Positions 1 to 10,775 of a DNA stretch of 64,000 nucleotides are shown one piece after another. Location: the NCBI GenBank assembly GCA_022813965.1, contig JALDZS010000017.1, forward strand, positions 62,001-126,000. The letters are read 5' to 3'. The first letter of the stretch is position 1; every line of letters begins with the position of its first letter. The stretch comes from Toensbergia leucococca (lineage: Eukaryota). The notes below the pieces were generated by a model. That model saw only the letters and a program-made list of their open reading frames with translations. It did not search any database and was not told the DNA's origin. Position numbers and translations under genes: made by a program.

Positions 1-1338
1 GGATAATGGAATGTTACTTTTCCGTAGTCTTGCAGAAGGGCCCTGGAGACGTGGGACTGGTTGTGGAGTCTAGTCCAGTGAAAGGGAGAAATGCAAGCCG
101 CATGTGATGCGGTGAAAGGGCGCACGGTAGGGTTTCAACTGTCCATCGGAATGGGTCTCAAGGAGTATGATCCTTACTCTAGATCTTGCTGCGCCTATGA
201 ACGCTATCGGAGCTTCCAGGGTGGCTTAGTGTATCAATCATGTGTCTTTGAGTGAGGACAGCATCGGCTTTCCTGCAAGAGACAATGACGATCATGACTA
301 TGGTTGGATATGGTTTTTCATGCCTTTAATTACTGTACACCTTGGTGCTTGGCACCTATTTTATCTACGATATCCCGGACCATGTACTCAATTAATCTTG
401 GAATGCTTCTGTCTAGATATTATTCGCCTCGAAACACCCGTATCGAGCAAACAGATATTGAACCAGCAGATACCACCAAAGGAGACAAGCCACTCTACAA
501 GAGGTCAGACCATAGCCACTTCAGCCTCTCTCCGCTCTTCATCATCAACAGTGGCGTAGCTCATGCCCATCAGAATCACGCCGGTCGTGTTCGAAGGTTC
601 ACACACCGCAGCTCTAGTGTCGATTTGCTCCTTATGTGGAGGCTTTGCATGAGCCTGGGTCAAATCACCGAGCGTAAGCTGGTCACGAGACTATCAAGAA
701 CTAGATCTAGAGCTGGCCCAATCCTTCATTGTCCGGCACACTGCTTCTTCAAGGATTGATCTGGCCGATCACTGGGTATGTTTATAAGCGACATCATTCG
801 CCACCGATCAATCCAGGAAACGTCTCCGGTAACGACTGAACAGTTCCGATGGTGAGTTCACCTTCGTAGCCAATTGAACGCAGATACGAAGAACTCAGGG
901 GCACCTAGATCTGGACGTGGCTTCGGTCTTTCTGAAAGGTCTCTACAGCGTGTGAAACAAGAGAATCCACTAGACAGAGCCTTCCAATTACGTACTACCC
1001 TAAGCTGACAGGACCAACAAGTCATTTAGTAGCTTACAAAGAATGCTCGAGCGTTAGCAAATACGATGGGCCCGCGCAATGCGTCCGAATTATCCCTTCA
1101 AGCAAAGAGCAACGATGTAACCAAATATCCAATAGCGGTACCTCAGTCAGTCAAAGGAGCCGAGTTTATCGTGCAATACCTGTGCTGGCCATGACTCTTC
1201 CGAGCTGGGAATGACGGCATAGATCATGTTTTCACAAAAAGAAGAGTCGCGACGCTTTTCCTGAAACAACCCCCGAGGCTCGTATCTGACCGCTGTTCTT
1301 CAAGATCACCTGGCACAAAAGCCACTCTGTCTGTCCTC

Positions 1339-3233
1339 ATGCTCTTCCGAGGAAAGTCATGGAGTGATTCTTCTTGCGAGCCAAAGCCTCCCAGATGGTT
1401 GAAGGAAAGATCCTCCAAAGCATTGATAGGCGCTACAGCGTTTGTTGCTGCATTCACGGTCCGTCAAATTTGTCTTCCTGCCTTCTTGAAACGACTTGTT
1501 GGTCTTCATTATTTACTAGGAGGGTTTCATATACTCAACTGTAGGCAGCATGTGTTGTCGACCTCTTCCCTGTAGCTTATCACCCGTACAGGTCGTGCCC
1601 GTCCTTCCATTCTCGTTAGTGGAGAGGCTCGGAGTCCCGGAAGAAAATGGTGATTGTTCGTAACAGGACTAGGATTTTAGAGACTCACGTTTGGTAGTAC
1701 AGTATTGGTTGTCGATTCTTTTGATGGTGTTCGGCATCACCATGAGTCTCGGTGCTCGTAAGTGGAAAAGTCTCTCAAAGACGTCTCCAACTTACACCGA
1801 AAGCTATCGCTGGGTGGGTAGCTGACGATACCTCCTCCCGACAAACGCCGCTCCTTTTCGGCCTCGGATTAGCTTATGGAGCCACCTTGCTATTCTGCTT
1901 TGCAACAAGTCCATTCATGTTGGTACTTGCCCGGTGCTTCCAAGGATTCGCTTCGAGTATCCTTTTTACAGCAGGATTGGCACTCATAGCAGATAGTGTG
2001 AGCGCGGACGAGATTGGATCATGGCAAGTATCAACTTTGTACTTTTAGAAGCTGAATCTAATTCGGATACTGACAGGATGGGATTTGTCCTGAGCGGAAT
2101 GAATATGGGTGCACTTATCGGTCCCTTCATTGCCGGTGTCTTGTACGAGCACGCCGGTTACTACTCTGTCTTTGGCGTGGTACTCGGAGTACTTGTGTTT
2201 GACACCGTTTTAAGACTTATCATGATCGAAAAGAAGGCCGCTGCCAAATGGCTTAAAAAGGGTAACTCGGCAGATCCGAGTTTGAGTGAAGAGACTGCCT
2301 TGTGCCCAGAGGGTTCAAGCACATTCTATAACAGCAGCATTTCCGAATGTAGCTCTGTATGCAGTTCCAACCATGTCGCCACAAACAATCAGTGCTTCGC
2401 TTTCCCTTCTGGCTCTGCTGAGGCCTCTGTGATTACAGAAATCCATCGAAATCCGGGCTCCTGGTTCAAGCGCACGTTTCGAACCATGAGTTGTCTGCTG
2501 AGTTCTCCTCGCCTTGCGGCAGCTGTATATGGTTGCTTCACGCACACCACACTAATCGCCGCCTTTGACGCAATCTTGCCGCTCTTCGTGAAGCGTACGT
2601 TTGGATGGAGCTCGACGGGTGCTGGGCTCATCTTCCTTGCTATTACGATTCTTTCCTTACTAGGGGCCGCTTTTGGCGCCCTTTCAGATCGATATGGGCC
2701 CAAGATAGTTTCGCTTACAGGATTTGCTATCACAATCCCGGCCCTTGCCTTCCTGGGACTGGTGACTGGCCCTGTTCTAGGCCAACAGGCTTTGTTGGTT
2801 GTCTTACTCGCTATCATTGGTAAGTAACCTTCCCTGTTACCGGGTACCAAATACTCGCAACCCCCGATAACTCATAGAGTCTTTTGGTCATGGCGTTATA
2901 GGCATTGGCCTCAACACTCTGCTCGCCCCCTTGGCTGCCGATATGTTCTACGAAGTGGAAATCCTCGCTGAACAGAATCCCGAAACTTTTGGCAAAGCTG
3001 GCGCATTTGCACAGGCCTATTCGCTTTTCGACGGCGCTCTTGGATTTGCGACCTTTGTTGGTCCTGCATGGGGAGGTTTTTTCTATGAAAAGGCAAGCTG
3101 GGGTGTGTGCATGCTGACATTGGCTGGGTTCGCCGCACTTGGAGCTATTCCAGTGTGGAAATTCACTGGAGGGAAAAGGACTGGGAGAGGCAAAGGTGAC
3201 GACGGAGAAAGCCGAGGGATCGGGGCAGTGTAG
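1339..3233 (+). CDS. MFS transporter (multi-exon; vesicular amine transporter/DHA-like fungal MFS)
   Basis: Manual splicing joins exon 1339-1458, a 21-nt micro-exon 1520-1540 (EGFIYST), VVPVLPFSLVERLGVPEE, GWVADDTSSRQTP (MFS motif A-like), LARCFQGFAS (motif B), GALSDRYGPK and a final exon ending TAG at 3233. Many hydrophobic TM segments; GT..AG introns throughout. Confidence 0.9.
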
Positions 3234-4442
3234 GTAAATGGGATTAGTATGAAGCTGAGAATAACCATTCTGTGCGGCATCTTTGGTCAGACTGCCATTT
3301 GCTTACAAGGCGTCGGCATCAAACTAGGTGCATCTGTACCAAGTTGGAATAAAGTCAATATGGCCAGACCAATAGACATCTCCGGTAATGAAGTTGTTCT
3401 GCACTCAACTCACCACCTAAACCTTTTTTATTAATTGTATTGTGGTAGCAACTCATTGAGCTAGCGCTAATCTAGAGGCACATACCCTAGGAAGGAAGAC
3501 TGGCGTGGCCATGTCGTCCATTTCCTCGACATAGCAAACAGCCAGTCACTTTAACTCCTTTCGCCCGTCAGTGCAATTTATAGCTAAACCTGTACAAGGT
3601 ATTGAAGATCTCCAAAAATTAAGCTAGAATGAAGATCCAAATCACCATCGGTCTCAAGGTTGATGAGCGACTAGTACCCCTAGTCGTCCAGAACACTTCT
3701 GCAAGCCGTGCATGCAGTTTTGACCAAGCCTGCATGGACTCAATGTTGCACAGAATATTGAGATGCAGAAATACTAATCAGATGGGGTTTTTAGATGCCA
3801 AAGGCAGAATATATCCAATGCCCAATGACGACGAGTACCTACAGCAAGGCGAATCAGATTCATAGACCAAGCCGTTTCCTTTGCATCCGATCCAAAGTTG
3901 AGATAAGCTAGCACTAAGATGTAGTCTCACTCAACTTTGAGATCAGATCCGAGATCAGCGTTCGCCTCATCGGTCATTGTGCAGGTGAGGCGACAACATG
4001 TACTCAATCGTAATCTACGATAGGCCCAAGGACCAGAGTTTCGCCTCTACGGAAAAGAAAATCGAGCGGAGGCGGTGGATCTGTTAGCCGTCATTGACCA
4101 GCTATCCAAAAGTCCTTGAGGATGTTTCGGGGGTGAACTGATAGCTTTGAGGAGACAAGTACTACATATAAAACTGCTATTCTACAGTTGGTGAGAAGCA
4201 TCTTTCGAAACACAACATCCACTCCGGACCAGCAAAGATAGTGATCAAATTAAACGCACAATGGTATTGGCTTTGGACGAGCATTCTTTTGCAGCTATAG
4301 AGAGGTCGAAGCATTTACTCGACGTCCCTACCGAGGCAAAGCAGCAGCATCAGGGTATCACCAATGGTAGTCTCAGTGACTGTAAAAGGGGTTGGCTAAC
4401 AGACAGCTCCGGCCCGAACCCTCGGCTGCTATCAAGCGTATC

Positions 4443-5604
4443 ATGGTCACTGGCGGAAATGGTTTTATGTATGTTGTGAACTGTCTTTATCGTACATCAG
4501 TCCTCTGTTGAATCCTGCCTGCGAAACATGCAATTGTGTCAATTGACTCTCCCTGCAGAGGATACTGGATAGTATTCACACTTGCCAATCTCTATTCCGA
4601 TTGCTACCACTTTGTCTCATATGACTGCCTTGGGCATGGATTGTCCGCACAGAATACAGAAAGCCTGAAACAGCTGGCAAACTTCTCCTTTTTCGAAGGT
4701 GACATTACCTCTCTCAAAGACGTGCGAAAATGCCTTGAAGAGCATCAGATCGATACAATCATTCACCTGGCAGCCCAGTCTCACGTTGCAGATAACTCGA
4801 AAGACCCACTCGGGTCTGCCAATGTGAACATCAATGGGACTCTCATGTTGCTCAATGCAGCGAAATCTTGGGGCGTTCGACGATTCATATTTATGTCGTC
4901 CGGTACGGTCTATGGCGCGGCCAAGCAGCCTCCCACAGGATTCGCAGAGTGTTGCCCCTTGGCGCCAGTCACCTCGTACGCTGCCAGCAAAGCCGCGGCT
5001 GAAATGTTGGTCATGGCTTTTGGCTATCAGTCCAAGATGAAGACAATAATTGTACGCGCGTGCAACATCTACGGCCCCAACCAGTTCCCCGAGAGTAAGT
5101 CAACGCGGAACTCAGCATATTTGGAAAAGAGAGCTGACTGTTCCCGTGTAGAAGTGATTCCTAAATTCATCCTGCTGCTCAAGCGTGGCATGAAGTTGCC
5201 GCTGAACGGTACCGCTGAACGGTACCGAGCTTCATTCCCGCCGCTACATGTACATCAGCGACGTCGTCAATGCCTTCAATGCCATTCTCCACAAAGGCCA
5301 CAGCCAGGAAGTTTACAATCTAGGATCAGATGAGGAAATCAGTAATCGGGACCTCTGTATCCATCTCCTCAACCGTATCCGACCCTCTGGAGATGACAGT
5401 GCCAAGGTCGACGCATGGATCGAGCCGGCGGCTCCAAAGCCGTCAGATGATCGAGGTGCTATGATGGACAATAACAAGCTGAAATCGCTGGGCTGGAAGC
5501 CGCTCGTGAACATGGGCCAGGGTATATGTAAAACAGTGGATTGGTATTCACAGCATGGGGAAAGCTGGTGGGGCGACATCGAGCACATCATCCTTCCTCA
5601 TTGA
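4443..5604 (+). pseudogene. NDP-sugar 4,6-dehydratase-fold extended SDR (RmlB/TGDS-like), frameshifted in this sequence; start uncertain (an upstream exon from 4261 is possible)
   Basis: VTGGNGF|IG Rossmann motif split by an intron, HLAAQSHV, YAASK (YxxxK), NIYGPNQFPE|KVIPKF (intron 5095-5151), RRYMYISDVVNAFNAILHKG, YNLGSDEE, LGWKP, TVDWY. A 13-bp tandem duplication at 5199-5224 shifts the frame, so this is either a pseudogene or a sequence error. Confidence 0.85.
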
Positions 5605-5961
5605 GCGGGCAATTGGTCATGCAGGTTAAAATATCCTTGGCATCACTTTACTGATTACGATGCCGCTCTGAGAAACCTGGGAGGATCTGCGCCTAAACTG
5701 AAGAAACGCGCCGCCAAAATTAGTCTTCATTGACAAAGCAGTATGTAGGAGTATCGCTCAGTAGGTAGCAAAAATAAAGCATAACGCTATTGATAGTTGC
5801 CGAATATGACCGTGTATGCAATACAACATCCTTGGCGGTGATCCTTTTATGATTCGCGGGGATCTCTGCCCACACGCGACGGTTGTGTCGCCATTGCGCC
5901 ACGAATTTGAGGCAGCTCGACGCAACGCTAGAATCGGGAGTACCATTGGTTCCCGTTGCAT

Positions 5962-6132
5962 GGCCGAAAAGTCTATCCCCTAGGTAGGCAGTCTACCTTA
6001 ACGAGATCGGGGTATTCTACACCAATCAGACCGTCCAAATCTGGCAACTAATTGAGAATGTGGACGATCTGATTCGTGTAGAATACCCCGATCTCGTTAA
6101 GGTAGACTGCCTAGGGGATAGACTTTTCGGCC
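5962..6132. mobile_element. Long inverted repeat/hairpin, MITE-like
   Basis: Left arm GGCCGAAAAGTCTATCCCCTAGG(TAGG)CAGTCTACCTTAACGAGATCGGGGTATTCTACAC...GTCCA is the near-perfect reverse complement of 6061-6132 (arms ~72-76 bp, short spacer). No clear TSD seen. Confidence 0.7.
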
Positions 6133-6268
6133 GCAAGAGTAATTCATATTCGGGTTGACACCAGCGCTATTGTGTTCGGCCCCAAAGCGTGCCGGAGGCG
6201 GGTGGGTTCGGAGTACCTCGCTCGAATGTCGTGAGCCACGATAGAAAGACGCTATGGGTCCGTAGGTT

Positions 6269-6325
6269 CGATAATGTAATCAGGAATCGTAGTCAACGAT
6301 AATATAATCGAGAATCGTAGTCAAC
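6269..6325. repeat. Imperfect 28-bp tandem duplication with core GAATCGTAGTCAAC
   Basis: CGATAATGTAATCAGGAATCGTAGTCAA followed directly by CGATAATATAATCGAGAATCGTAGTCAA. Confidence 0.8.
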
Positions 6326-6932
6326 TTATGGAGGGGGGATCTTTCTATCTACTAACTAAAGGTCTAATCCTCGAAAACGTGAGGTGGAAAGATGATGGAT
6401 TTCTGAGCTAAAAATTGGCTACTTAACTAGCTATCATTACGTAATCTAGCGTATATGTGCAAGTCCGAATTCCCGAATTCCGAGCACATGCCTCCGAGGC
6501 CCTCGGTCTTCCAACTCCTCGATTTCCTGATCCTTGCCCTAGCAACGATGGTGACGATTCGGGAGCACGACACATTTTCTATTGTCCGCGATTAAAAAGA
6601 ACGCTAGTTGATCATTGCAAGTTAGTGGGTTCAACTCTAATCCGAGATCCATAATCCGCGTGGATATGCTTCCTATGACTACGAGTACTTGAAAAGAGAG
6701 ACACGGGGGGAAAGAGGCGCTCCAATATGCACATATGTCCAGTAAGTGCATTTTCAATCTTCTCCTTCCCCCTCGCCAATTCAAGTGCAGTTCTACCGAG
6801 CTCCCCCGCTCCCCCGCTCCCCACCATCTCGCCTCGCCTCACTTTCCTCTTCTTCGGGACCAATCCAGAGTCCCACCTTCCCCCTTTTTCATCAAAAAAA
6901 GTAGAGAGAGATCTATTTTTCAACGAACCACA

Positions 6933-7427
6933 ATGGGATCGAGCACCGTGACCCTCATCTGCACCCTGATCCCCAAAGCTGGGAAGCTTGACCGCGTACG
7001 CACATCCCTTCCGTTCTAGTGTCCCAGGTCTGCAAACGCGCCTCTGAGATCATCGTGCCTGCAGCTCGAAGAAGTGCTCACCAGTCGAGCGAGCGAGGCG
7101 CACGCCAATGAAGCCGGCAATCTCAAGTACGTCGTGTGGGTTCAGGCCGAGGCGGACTGCGAAGATGGGAAGGGCTGTGTCGTCCTGTTCGAGGAGTGAG
7201 TCGTCTGTTTGCCGGTGCAAGTCCTGGCAGGGGTAAGACGATGGGCCGGCTGACGGATTTGGCTGTTTCCTTGCCACTTGCGAAGGTGGGCATCACGGGC
7301 CGATCTTGACAATCACCACACCAAAGACTATCTGCACAAGACGCATAAGACGCTGGAGGATGAGGACCTGCTCACCAACCCGGAAGAGATCAAGCGGGTG
7401 AAAGAGGTCAAGGCTTTTTGGACCTGA
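6933..7427 (+). CDS. Small ABM/Dabb-family (antibiotic biosynthesis monooxygenase/YgiN/LsrG-like) protein, 3 exons, ~110 aa
   Basis: Exons 6933-6995, 7065-~7195 and 7286-7427 splice in frame to MGSSTVTLICTLIPKAGKLDR-LEEVLTSRASEAHANEAGNLKYVVWVQ...VVLFEEWASRADLDNHHTKDYL...KAFWT*. The E-x-G-x-L-x-Y and FEEW-x7-H patterns are typical of ABM domains. Confidence 0.75.
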
Positions 7428-7536
7428 CAGAGAGGGAGAGAAAGGCCAGGGTAGGGCACCAAGAACAGGCTGCAGGTATCTTGAAAGAAAGGAAAAGTAG
7501 TTTCACAGCAAACGTCTATCTACACTGCTTTTCTAG

Positions 7537-8673
7537 TCATTCGGCTTTTGCATAAAATCCCTTAAGCTTTTCAATCACCACATTCTGCTCGTCGTCCTTC
7601 AGCTCATAGAACATGGGCAGCCGCACCAAGGTCTCGCTCCCCTTTGTTGTTACCACATCCTCCCCCACAAACCTGCCTCTAGTCTTCCCAAACGGCGCTG
7701 AGTGCAGTGGCACGTAGTGCGCTGACACCTCCACGCCCGCCTCCTTCATCCAGCGGACCAGCTCCCCCCGCTGGTTGGCCGTATGCACAAAGAAATAGAA
7801 AAGATGCCCTGCGTGCACTGTGCTTTTCCGTACTGGTGGTAGTGTCAGCGTCCCGGCTTCGTGCAGCGGAAGGAGCGCAGAGTGATATGCGCCCCACAGC
7901 TGTCGGCGGCGGGAGCTGACAAGGTCGACGGCCTGAAGCTGAGCCCACAGGAACGCAGCCTGTGGCTCGGGTAAGAAGAAATTGGAGCCAATGTCGATCC
8001 ACTCGTACCGGGGTACCTCATGGCGGAAGAAGGCGGAGCGATTAGTCCCATAGTCATAGACAACCTCAGCACGGGCCAACAGAGCGGAGTCATTGATGGC
8101 GATGGCGCCGCCTTGGCCGCCCGCGGTCATATTCTTGGTGGCATGGAAGCTGAAGCAAGCCATGTGCCCCAAGGAACCGACGGGCCGGGCGTGGTACGTA
8201 CAGGCGAGGGCCTGCGCAGCATCTTCGACGACGAGGAGACCGTACTTTGCTGCCAGGACCATGATGGCGTCCATATCGCTGCAAGCAATGCCTGCGTAGT
8301 GGACGGGGACGATAGCGCGGGTGCGCGGCGTGATAGCAGCCTCAATTTTCGACGGGTCGAGGGTCATAGTGCCGGGTTCAACGTCAATAAAGACAGTATT
8401 CGCTCCGCGCAGGACAAAGGCGTTGACGGTTGACACGAAGGTGTAGCTGGGGGCGATAACCTCGTCACCGGGCGCGAGGCCGCACAGTATGGCGGCGATC
8501 TCGAGCGCCGCTGTGCAGGAGGTGGTAAGGAAGACGCGAGCCCCCTTTAATTGCTCGGACAGCCATCGCTCGCAGTGAGCTGTGAAGGCGCCGCGGCCAG
8601 CAAGAGAGGAAGAAGATTGCACGAGCTCAGTGCCAAGGAAGAGGGGCTTGTTGAAGGGGATGGCGGTGGTCAT
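7537..8673 (-). CDS. wecE: dTDP-4-amino-4,6-dideoxygalactose transaminase-like PLP sugar aminotransferase (DegT/DnrJ/EryC1/StrS family; WecE/RffA-like), intronless
   Basis: Colinear with enterobacterial WecE as recalled: IPFNKP, LTTSCTAALE, PGDEVIAPSYTFVSTVNAFVLRGA, IVPVHYAG, VVEDAAQ, CFSFHATKN (PLP Lys), GTNRSAFF, AAFLWAQL, HYVPLH, LVRLPMFY. Single exon, visibly GC-richer than neighbours; likely start ATG at 8673. Confidence 0.93.
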   Translation of the reverse strand: MTTAIPFNKPLFLGTELVQSSSSLAGRGAFTAHCERWLSEQLKGARVFLTTSCTAALEIAAILCGLAPGDEVIAPSYTFVSTVNAFVLRGANTVFIDVEPGTMTLDPSKIEAAITPRTRAIVPVHYAGIACSDMDAIMVLAAKYGLLVVEDAAQALACTYHARPVGSLGHMACFSFHATKNMTAGGQGGAIAINDSALLARAEVVYDYGTNRSAFFRHEVPRYEWIDIGSNFFLPEPQAAFLWAQLQAVDLVSSRRRQLWGAYHSALLPLHEAGTLTLPPVRKSTVHAGHLFYFFVHTANQRGELVRWMKEAGVEVSAHYVPLHSAPFGKTRGRFVGEDVVTTKGSETLVRLPMFYELKDDEQNVVIEKLKGFYAKAE

Positions 8674-9365
8674 GGTGGTAGAGATACAAAGTAAAGGGTC
8701 AAATGAGGTGTGATGTTGCAATTGCAGGGTGGCTTGCTCTTTTCAGGTGTTGCTGTTGCTGCTAGAATGTGAACGAGATCTACAAGGAACTTGCATAGTC
8801 TTTGCAGATGGACGCCATCGTCGCCCTCGATCTGGAACGCTGATTGAAGATCGACTGAGGCTTTGATAGGAGACATCTTCAGTGGACGATAAACGCGGTC
8901 GAGGTCAGGGTAGTCTGCATATGGATAGTTTGCTAGCACTCCAATGTTGGTCTGATGATTGATATTGCAATCCCCCGTAGCCGACTTGATCCTGCGGCCT
9001 CGATTTCGCATAGATTTCAGCCAAACATGCAGGCCGAGTCGTAGCGTCCCAAGCAGTGTGCACCTGCAGTCATCCCAGGCATGAAGCCACTCGATATTCT
9101 CACTGGTAATCTGCATGTAAAAGAGACTTTTCTGTAGGCTAAAGCATGGTGAATATTTGTCAAGCATGGTATTGCTTTGCAGGGGCCCAGGAGCCGAAGA
9201 TGTTTGGCTTTTGCCCATCGATTCGAGAGTAGACTTGCTAGCCGTAGGTAGTGTATTAGTTCTCATTAGAAATGGCTTGCACGAATCAACAATTCAGGGG
9301 ATAGCTTTAGAATTGATTGTATTCCCCGTGCTCTTTGCAATTGTAAGCATTGATCCCAATCGATA

Positions 9366-10094
9366 ATGGCAATCGCCAGGGAAGTCAGCGTAAATCAATT
9401 GCCCTTCAACTTGACAGATCTTGAACGCGAAATACTGGATCAAACCGACGAGGAATACGTCCCCCACAGCTGGGAAGAATTGAAGCAGATAATTGGTATG
9501 GCTTGTTGATTGCTCTCACTGCTGTGCTCAAGTCATTGACCTTCTTTCTTAGCTGCTAACAATCTTCATCTGTTCAAACGCACGCCCTCGCAGCTGCAAC
9601 TGTATCTGACATGGTCCAGTGCTATCAAGGCCAAATATGGATCTATGGTAAATTACATTTCCCAGGAACGTCTACATTGGGGGCAGGCCGTCAGCTCGGG
9701 AGCTTCTTTGTCAGACAGCAAATCTCCCGCCCCTCGCAATCCAGTGCCATTCGCGGACGGCGAAGATTACAAGATCCTCTGCAATGACTGGCCGTACGGG
9801 TGCGATCCAGGAATCCATCACTTAGTCGTGTGGATGAAGACAAAGATACCTGTCAATCCAGATGATGGAAGATTGACCGAATCATCCAAGGCGATGATAG
9901 ACGCCTTTGTAGTGAAGGTATTTGTTGAGCCATTATATCAAGTACACGAAAGGAAGGATCAGGTCCTCTGGTTCAAGAATTGGACGGCCCTGCAAAGTGT
10001 GGCAGCGTTGGAGCATTTTCATGTACTAGTGAGAGATGTTAGCAACGAGATGTTGATATTCTGGACTGGAGAAACAGACAGCAGAAGGGAATAG
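9366..10094 (+). CDS. DUF3605 / GlcNAc-induced protein Gig1-like (HIT-like HxH motif), 2 exons
   Basis: Exon 1 9366-9495 (LTDLEREILDQTDEEYVPHSWEELKQII), intron 9496-9552, exon 2 with FKRTPSQL, KILCNDWPYG, HLVVW and WFKNWTALQSVAALEHFHVLVR. Confidence 0.85.
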
Positions 10095-10775
10095 GTTGCC
10101 ACTGTTGCCAATCCTGGTACGAGTAGCTGAAATTAATCTCCAAATACATTTGCAAGTACGGATAAAGACGCCGGAAACTCCGAGTACATTGGCAGTGCCA
10201 CAGTGGTCCATTGTTCAAACAGGCAGAAGTGTAAATAACATTAATGAGAAATTGCTACATATCTCATGTTCTACTTAGTACGGGCGAGGAAGGAGGAAGG
10301 CAGCGAGAGAGAGCCAGGGCTAGCCTGAAATAGCTCAGCGGCAACTTACCTATCCCTTGCACTGTTATACATGCTCATGCAGCCATTCAGGGGGGTAAGA
10401 TGTGATGTCGCTGATTGGCGGAAATTAAGATAGAATAACCCCGCGTTTTAGTAGGACATCAAGCACAAATTGCCTTATTCTAGATGCATCTGTACAATTC
10501 ATATTTAAGGTAATATTCTGATTAATTGATTGGTCACTTTGCGCGGGTAAGTGTACCACACCTGGATGGCTGCACGTATAATAGTGGAAGGGATAATATT
10601 CTAATCGTACGGATAGGATATCACAAGCTATGAAACATGCGTGTACTAACTAGCTATATTCTTCCTATGCGCTTTCTAAGATCACAATACCGACCCTAAG
10701 ATTCAAATGTGATCTCCATCATGCCTTTCAGCGAGTGACTGGCCATAAGTGCGGCTTTGCTTTTAACTCAGCAAT

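Noticed and set aside
242..759. ORFs of 105 and 151 aa at the window start
   Set aside because: Non-ATG starts, no recognisable domain and no convincing splice structure.
4261..4442. Possible upstream exon of the sugar SDR starting at ATG 4261
   Set aside because: A branch point and acceptor exist near 4396-4406, but I found no donor in the right phase, so the start was left at 4443.
7537..8673. Bacterial contamination as the explanation for the WecE-like gene
   Set aside because: It is flanked within ~110 bp and ~690 bp by spliced fungal genes of related function, with no bacterial neighbours. A read-level check is still advisable.
8670..9266. 198-codon minus-strand ORF whose TGA overlaps the WecE-like ATG (ATGA overlap, as in bacterial operons where wecD precedes wecE)
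   Set aside because: The translation shows no GNAT/WecD or other recognisable motif and its composition differs from the GC-rich aminotransferase. It is most likely a chance ORF in the divergent promoter; a BLASTP hit would reopen the question.
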